Assembly: GCA_027036135.1 (NCBI GenBank)
Contig: JALVSY010000007.1
Coordinates: forward strand, 1,028,880-1,092,879
Direction: 5' to 3'
DNA: 64,000 nt
Source of the DNA: Pyrodictiaceae archaeon
GTDB lineage: Archaea > Thermoproteota > Thermoprotei_A > Sulfolobales > Pyrodictiaceae
Shown here: positions 58,210 to 64,000 of the stretch, piece by piece
Position numbering within the stretch: the first letter of the stretch is position 1
Layout of the letters: each line of letters starts with the position of its first letter
Notes under the pieces: generated by a model
The model's input: only the letters and a program-made list of their open reading frames with translations
What the model was told of the DNA's origin: nothing
Databases searched by the model: none
Translations under genes and position numbers: made by a program

Positions 58210-59271
58210 TTACCCCACGGTCTTCCTAACAAGCTCCAACGCGTCCCTTATCAAGCGAGTCCGGGCACCATACCTTGTCTTCTCCTCGTACTCTATGAGT
58301 TTCTCGACACGGGGTATGAGGCGGTGATTAAGCACATGGAACAGTACAGCGTCAACGTCGCGTGGCTCAGCACTATCCCTTCCCTCCAGCGCGGCCCGTG
58401 CCTTGGCCGCTCGTAGCAGTGCTATCCCGGCCCTCGGGCTAGCACCAAGCTCAAGGTACTCCGCTACGGGCTCGAAGACCTCTGGCCTAGTAGCTCTCAG
58501 CAACCGAGCAATATAGTCAAGCACCTCCTCCGAGACAGTCACATGGCTAGCAACAACCCCCTGTGCCGCGACAAGCCAGCCGGGCTCAACAAGGGACTCA
58601 AGGTCCTCAACGGGCTCAACGAGCCTAGACGAGTGGAGCCTTAGGATACGCTTCTCGTCCTCTAGGGTCTCAGGATACCCTATGAGGATCCTCATAAGGA
58701 ATCTATCGAGCTGTGCCTCTGGCAGGGGATAAGTTCCCTCCTGCTCCACCGGGTTCTGGGTAGCAAGTACTAGGAAGAACTTACCCCGGTCACGGTACTC
58801 AAGCCTATAGGTCTTATCGCCTATAGTTACCTCCTTCTCCTGCATCGCCTGGAGCAGCGCTGACTGTGTACGAGGAGTCGCGCGGTTAATCTCATCCGCC
58901 AAGACAAGGTACGCGAATACCGGCCCAAAGCGTGGCTCAAAGCCACGAGTAGCAGGGTTGTACACGAGGCTACCAGTTATATCGCTTGGCAAGAGATCCG
59001 GGGTGAACTGGATACGAGAGAACCCCCTGAAAGGCACACCCTCTATGACCTCCTCGCGGCCAAGGAGTCCCAGGAGCCGAGCAAACCCCTTGACCATAGT
59101 GGTCTTAGCTACCCCGGGCACACCCTCCAACAAGACATGGCCATTAGCTAGCAAGGAGACAGCAATAAGCCGGGTAGCCTCGCCAAGCCCGATAACCACG
59201 CCCTCAACACGTTCAACGATCTCCCCCATAACCTCCCTTACATCATCGATACCACGAACAGTAATCGACAA
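58210..59271 (-). CDS. moxR: MoxR-family AAA+ ATPase
   Basis: GVPGVAKT, RIQFTPDLLPSD, DEINRA and TQNPVEQEGTYPLPEAQLDRF motifs. Confidence 0.95.
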   Translation of the reverse strand: MSITVRGIDDVREVMGEIVERVEGVVIGLGEATRLIAVSLLANGHVLLEGVPGVAKTTMVKGFARLLGLLGREEVIEGVPFRGFSRIQFTPDLLPSDITGSLVYNPATRGFEPRFGPVFAYLVLADEINRATPRTQSALLQAMQEKEVTIGDKTYRLEYRDRGKFFLVLATQNPVEQEGTYPLPEAQLDRFLMRILIGYPETLEDEKRILRLHSSRLVEPVEDLESLVEPGWLVAAQGVVASHVTVSEEVLDYIARLLRATRPEVFEPVAEYLELGASPRAGIALLRAAKARAALEGRDSAEPRDVDAVLFHVLNHRLIPRVEKLIEYEEKTRYGARTRLIRDALELVRKTVG

Positions 59272-59292
59272 GGAAGCCTACACCCCTAGGAG

Positions 59293-60149
59293 CTACTTGG
59301 TCAACACTATATCAGCTACCTTGAGCACCCGGCTCCACGGGACATCCACGAAGGAGCCGCGGAGCGGCTCCCTGACAACAAACTCCTCCAACAAGTCCCC
59401 CACCTTGTCAACCACACCCAGCTCCTCCAGTAACTCCCTTACACGGGGCAGGAGCGAGAGATCAAGCCGGGGCGAGACAAGTGGGTCACGATACTCAGCA
59501 AGCCTCTCATATACCTGGAGAAGCCCCTCTTCTTCAATGAGTTAAGGAACCCAAGCCAGTTAATATACCCAGACACGCCCTCGCTGCGACTAACCCGGAG
59601 CCCAGGCTCACCCGGCCCAATAACGAGGTCCTCCACGTAGCCAAGAACCCCCTCGGAGAGACTAACCACTAGCCGGCCCCGAATCTCCTCCAATGGAGGA
59701 ACCCCAGGCCTTTCCAACACAGGTTTGCGGCCACGGTACCTAGCCTCACGGGGAGTACGAAGAACAATAACCTTTTCAACAACCTCCTCGGAGCCATGAA
59801 CAAGCCTACGAGAATCAACAACAGCAACCTCGCTAACCGGGACAAGAGCCTTCAACAAACGAACCCTAGACTCAGCAGACCGATAAGGAACATCAACACC
59901 AAGCTCCCGGGCACGAGCAACCAAGACCTCCAAAGGCTCACCCGGCCTAACCCTCACACCACGGTCACGAAGAGCCTCAACAAGCCTATCAACATCAACT
60001 ACAGGCTGACGAGCACTAACCTCGACAACAACCCGGAGAAACAAGACACCACCACGAACAACATAGCCATCAAACAATCCATAAAACAAGCCCTCAGAAT
60101 CAAAAACCCGGGCACCACCAAGCTCTTCAGCACTAAAGAACCTAGCCAC
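59293..60149 (-). pseudogene. Tandem PRC-barrel-like protein with a one-base frameshift in a G4 run
   Basis: Adding one G at 59524-59527 gives a 285-aa ORF ending VDVPWSRVLKVADIVLTK, 21 nt upstream of moxR. Confidence 0.7.
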
Positions 60150-60259
60150 CAAACACACCCACAACAATAGAACAAAACAAAACCAAACAAAAACACACCC
60201 ACAATCACAACTCACTCCGACTACATGATGAGCCCGTCTACCTTAACCTTTAAACTCCT

Positions 60260-60455
60260 TTTTCTTTTCCCTTGGGAACACTCCGTGAGCGGAGTTGCAA
60301 GGTTCCTCGGGAACAACGATTCAACTCTATTCAAACCCATGGGAACACCTTCAAGGCCTCAGAGCACCAGATGCACGGGAATTAGACTCGTTCCGACAAA
60401 CATAAATAACCAGATCATACCGGGTACCATTCGGACCCAAAAGGGAACCATACCA
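60260..60455 (+). promoter_or_regulatory. Probable CRISPR leader
   Basis: Non-coding; CATAAATA at 60401-60408; lies 5' of repeats that end in ATTGTAAG. Confidence 0.55.
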
Positions 60456-60760
60456 GACATACTCAATAGAGAATTGTAAGCGTGATGCTTGCCCGGGGCG
60501 GCCCGCCAGTTATATAAGAAAATGACATACTCAATAGAGAATTGTAAGTGGAAGTTCTCCTCACACATGCATCAAGCTTTGCTAGCTCATCAAAGACATA
60601 CTCAATAGAGAATTGTAAGCAATCGTTAGTCTCTCTGCACCCAGCTTCCTGGCAAGTTCCTCCAGTGACATACTCAATAGAGAATTGTAAGTTTAGTCTT
60701 AGCCTGTAGCCGCTTAGCCAGCTTATTATGAAGTGGACATACTCAATAGAGAATTGTAAG
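60456..60760 (+). CRISPR. CRISPR array: 5 identical 25-bp repeats, 4 spacers (43, 46, 47, 44 bp)
   Basis: GACATACTCAATAGAGAATTGTAAG starts at 60456, 60524, 60595, 60667 and 60736. Confidence 0.97.
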
Positions 60761-60836
60761 TTGATACTAGAAGTAATAATATGTATGTGGTTTTTATTTA
60801 CTTTACTAGCTCTAGTAATGGGATGGGCGCTGGTTC

Positions 60837-61145
60837 TTGGATAATGGAGGAGTGAATGAGGAGCTTGCTAGGAGCCTTGATAAGGAGTGGCATAGATTCT
60901 TTAATGGTCGCTGCAAGGTTTCTGTGAGGTATTGTTACTTGTTCTATGATGCTGAGAACAATATTGTCTTTGAGAAAGAGTGCAGCTTTCGTGATCTCGG
61001 TGACGCTGTTCGTGCTCTTAAGAAGCGCGCAACGAGCTTGAGGGAGGCGGTGCTTCTTGTAGACCTGTGTCCGAGAAGGATTTCGTTGGTGCTCCTATCT
61101 ATGTATGTGAGGTTCCTCTCGAGCAGGATCATGGTGTTAGAGTAG
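60837..61145 (+). CDS. Small hypothetical protein
   Basis: 102-aa ORF between the array and the DUF58 gene. Confidence 0.4.
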   Translation: MDNGGVNEELARSLDKEWHRFFNGRCKVSVRYCYLFYDAENNIVFEKECSFRDLGDAVRALKKRATSLREAVLLVDLCPRRISLVLLSMYVRFLSSRIMVLE

Positions 61146-61255
61146 CGAGAATTATTGGTAGAATTGATATGATTACTCGTGGTAGGGAGGAGCGTAGGAA
61201 GCTGAACCAGCTATTATCCTGGTTCTGGTTTTTGCGCAAGCGATAGATAAGATCC

Positions 61256-62212
61256 ATGGGCGTATGCTTTATGTCTTCTCGGGCTACAGATAGCGGGGTT
61301 GGCGGTGGCTTGTCAAGTAGTGCTTGTAGGCTCTTTGATAGGGGGCTGCGTAGTGCCCGGGGGTTTGCTGAGAGTCTCTATACGGGGCTCTCGCGTAGCC
61401 GCGAGACGGGCCTCGGGCTAGAGTATGTTGATTTCCGCGACTACGTCTACGGGGACGATATCCGCTATGTTGATTGGAGGCTTAGCGCTCGCCGCGTCGA
61501 TCCTAGTGGAGAGCACCGGCTCGTTGTCAAGGTTTTCCAGGCCGAGAGGATGATTAACACAGTGTTCGTAGTAGACCTCACAGCATCAATGGGCTTCGGG
61601 GAGAAGCTCTGGATGCTCGGCTACGTATCCATGGTTCTTGGCTCCTTAGCAGCTAGCCTAGAGGATAACGTCACAGTCCTTGTTATCCGCGATGATATCC
61701 GTGCCTATGTTCCTCGTTCTCCCCGCGAGCTACCCTTGCTCCTCGAGGGCATTGTTTGCCGAGGAGAAGCCCCCCAGGGAGACCTAGGCCTAGATGGGGT
61801 CGCTAAGCGTCTTCACAGGGCTCGTTACCGCCCAGTAGTACTGGTAACTGACTACGCCCACGGTACCGAGGAGTTCTACGGGTTTCTTCGAGCAATGAGG
61901 GCTCAGCGCAACCGCGTCTATAGCGTGCTCCTCCTAGACCGCTACGAGGTAGAAGAACCAATCGAGAACGCCGTAGTGGCTCTAGTTGACCCGGAGACCG
62001 GGGCCGTGGCCAGGGGTAGGCTCAGATCCCTCTATGACGCGGCTCGGAGACACGTAGCCGGGGTAAGGGCGGTTGCTAAGCTATACTCTGTCTCGTTCAC
62101 CGAGCTACTCGGTAAGACGGGGGCCATAGCGATGAGGCATAGGCTCGTGAATGGTTACCTAAGGACCCGAAGCGGGCTCCGAGCAGCCCTAGGCTCTCCT
62201 GCGCTGGGTTAG
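61256..62212 (+). CDS. DUF58 family protein (MoxR partner)
   Basis: GLEYVDFRDYVYGDDIRYVDWRLSAR and DLTASM motifs. Confidence 0.92.
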   Translation: MGVCFMSSRATDSGVGGGLSSSACRLFDRGLRSARGFAESLYTGLSRSRETGLGLEYVDFRDYVYGDDIRYVDWRLSARRVDPSGEHRLVVKVFQAERMINTVFVVDLTASMGFGEKLWMLGYVSMVLGSLAASLEDNVTVLVIRDDIRAYVPRSPRELPLLLEGIVCRGEAPQGDLGLDGVAKRLHRARYRPVVLVTDYAHGTEEFYGFLRAMRAQRNRVYSVLLLDRYEVEEPIENAVVALVDPETGAVARGRLRSLYDAARRHVAGVRAVAKLYSVSFTELLGKTGAIAMRHRLVNGYLRTRSGLRAALGSPALG

Positions 62213-62224
62213 CGGGGAGGTCTG

Positions 62225-63229
62225 CTAGCGTACGCAGATGATGCTACAGCCATCGCCTATCACAACCACGGTGCCAACGTGAGCGCCTATGTAATGGCTT
62301 GGGTATTTGGATGCTAGTATTGAGTGCATCAAGCTGCCGCTGCAATGAATAGGCGCAATATACTCTACGCCGAGGCCTACTAGCTCCTTGGCTATCTTCT
62401 CTACCTCGTTCCTCGGGGCCCATGCGAGGTGGAACCCGCCCATCAATAATAGTATTCTCTCGTGGAGTAATTGCTCGGCGTGCTTAACAATCCTGGCTAC
62501 GCCTGGGTGGCTACAGCCAACGAGGAGGACGAGGCCCCTACTAGTATTGATTGCTAGCGACTCCTCTGCTGGTGGCCCCCAGAGCGGCGGTAGTACATAG
62601 ATCCCTGGAACCACTATAGTTGTTGTGTTAACGACTCTTATGTTGTGTAGCCCGAGGCTCTTGATCCAGCTAAGCACGCTGCTACTAATACCGCTCGGCA
62701 CGTAGACGGGGACATCTGGGCAGTGGCGAGCTATATAGGGTAAGCCTCCGACATGGTCCATGTGCTCATGTGAAATAACCACGGCGGATACGTTGCACGG
62801 GTTAATGCCTAGGCGCTTAGCGTTATAAGCCAGGGTGCCCGGGTCGGGCCCGGTATCGAACAACACATTACCCCAAGGGGTCTCGACGAAGATGCTGAGA
62901 CCCCAGCTTGCCTGTAGAGAGTCCCAGGGATTATTATCGACGAGTACATAGAGCCTAGCATAGGGTACAGATACACCAGTGGGGACAACCGTTACATTTC
63001 CCCAAACACGTTGACTAATAGTAGCTGATACGCCGCCCCTCTGCCTAGCACTCCCCAAGAATAGCAGGGCAAGTACTAGGACAGCGATAACGAGTAAGAC
63101 TAGGCCCCATGTTCCAAGGAACCCTCGAGGATTCCTAGGCAAAACAATGCCCCCATACCATACGATATAGTTCAGGCTCGTATATAGTATCTTGCCCAGA
63201 TAGGAGGAATAATCAATTAACTTAATCAA
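62225..63229 (-). CDS. Metallo-beta-lactamase-fold hydrolase with N-terminal membrane anchor; start probably ~63141
   Basis: LFDTG, SHEHMDH, GCSHPG, GGFH and HCSG motifs. Confidence 0.85.
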   Translation of the reverse strand: MIKLIDYSSYLGKILYTSLNYIVWYGGIVLPRNPRGFLGTWGLVLLVIAVLVLALLFLGSARQRGGVSATISQRVWGNVTVVPTGVSVPYARLYVLVDNNPWDSLQASWGLSIFVETPWGNVLFDTGPDPGTLAYNAKRLGINPCNVSAVVISHEHMDHVGGLPYIARHCPDVPVYVPSGISSSVLSWIKSLGLHNIRVVNTTTIVVPGIYVLPPLWGPPAEESLAINTSRGLVLLVGCSHPGVARIVKHAEQLLHERILLLMGGFHLAWAPRNEVEKIAKELVGLGVEYIAPIHCSGSLMHSILASKYPSHYIGAHVGTVVVIGDGCSIICVR

Positions 63230-63254
63230 GGGAGCCTAGCCTAGGGTGGTAAGA

Positions 63255-63321
63255 GGGGATGTTGAGGGCGATTGGGGCTTAGCCCTCCCGGAGTGCTGAG
63301 CCCGTGCTCCGTGCTGACCCT
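63255..63321 (+). ncRNA. C/D-box sRNA candidate
   Basis: GGGG-ATGTTGA(C)-gggcgattgggg-CTTA(D')-...-GTGCTGA(C')-gcccgtgctccgtg-CTGA(D)-CCCT. Confidence 0.5.
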
Positions 63322-63334
63322 GGCAAACCAGCCC

Positions 63335-63949
63335 ATGGCAATGCCACTAGCAAGGGTGCAAACTGTAATGGCTCTGAAGAAGGTACTAATACTCAATGAT
63401 AAGTGGCTAGCAAGGGTGCTTGGCCCCCGCTGCGCGGAGGATACAGCAGTATTTAGGGAGTGTGCTAAGAGGCTCCGTGGCACAGAGGAATACAGAGTAC
63501 TAGGAAGGTTCCTCGATGAGAACCCAGAGAACCGGGTAATCTACCTAGGAGACGACGGCATACTAGCCCGCGTCTTCGGAGACCGAGTCCTAGACCTCTA
63601 TGGCTCAAGGACCAGACTTCGCTGCCGGAAATGCGGGCACCGCTGGTGGATAGACCAGGGCCAACAATGCCCCCACTGCAGCTCAACAAGCTACGAGCCC
63701 GACTACACACCTCCCGGAGAAAGGCCCCCACAGAAGAAGATACTAGAAGCACTATACGAGGTAACTAGCAGCGATGAAGCATACTTCGTAGAGCCCAGGA
63801 ACCCGCCGGAGCTAATAGAGCTACTCCTACTAATCATTGCCCTCAAGTTCACCGACAAAGTAACAGTTATCGGAGAACCACTTAGTCATCTAAGAAACCT
63901 AGTAAGAATAGAGAACTCCCTCACCTCAATCCTCGAGAACAACGAGTAA
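63335..63949 (+). CDS. Degenerate sirtuin (Sir2)-like zinc-ribbon protein
   Basis: VLDLYGS...CRKC...CPHC...PDYTPPGE parallels Sir2 VIELHGS...CxxC...CxxC...PDVVxFGE. Confidence 0.65.
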   Translation: MAMPLARVQTVMALKKVLILNDKWLARVLGPRCAEDTAVFRECAKRLRGTEEYRVLGRFLDENPENRVIYLGDDGILARVFGDRVLDLYGSRTRLRCRKCGHRWWIDQGQQCPHCSSTSYEPDYTPPGERPPQKKILEALYEVTSSDEAYFVEPRNPPELIELLLLIIALKFTDKVTVIGEPLSHLRNLVRIENSLTSILENNE

Positions 63950-64000
63950 TAGCGGGAATACAAGTACCCTGAGGGGCAAAGAAGCGTAGAAGCCCATTAA

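Noticed and set aside
59796-60170. N/T/K-rich 124-aa plus-strand ORF
   Set aside because: Antisense shadow produced by the A/C skew of the PRC-barrel gene.
60225-60568. ORFs of 84 aa (+) and 69 aa (-)
   Set aside because: They overlap the CRISPR leader and repeats and show no protein-like features.
1-64000. Transposases, integrases, rRNA/tRNA genes, cas1/cas2 or effector cas genes, cannula (CanA-like) genes
   Set aside because: I looked for these and recognised none in the window.

Overview
Chromosomal window from a hyperthermophilic crenarchaeon. Gene content, GGTG-type ribosome-binding sites and the CRISPR repeat style suggest Desulfurococcales/Pyrodictiaceae (inference). From left to right: a pilin-like gene start; a putative two-component S-layer locus (SlaA/SlaB-like); ADP-forming acyl-CoA ligase; stomatin; a tungsten AOR locus; a ~17 kb de novo purine cluster (guaA, purB, HTH-PRTase regulator, purC-S-Q-L-F-F2-D-T-M-P-E-P); and housekeeping genes (glmU-like, lysX-like, ppcA, pyrH, nfo, trmI). 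An accessory region follows, with a secreted Cys-rich pre-pro-protein, a solo Cas4-like nuclease, a dispersed MoxR/vWA/DUF58 system, an ABC exporter and a cas-less CRISPR array (5 repeats, 4 spacers). Features missing from the ORF track that I read from the DNA: four C/D-box sRNA candidates; a near-identical 21-bp palindromic operator plus TATA shared by two promoters 8 kb apart; a CTG-initiated ATPase under tandem palindromes; a structured leader upstream of lysX; four frameshifted genes; and a saw-tooth A/C versus G/T strand skew. Several intact ORFs also look like pseudoenzymes. All calls are by eye, with no database searches.
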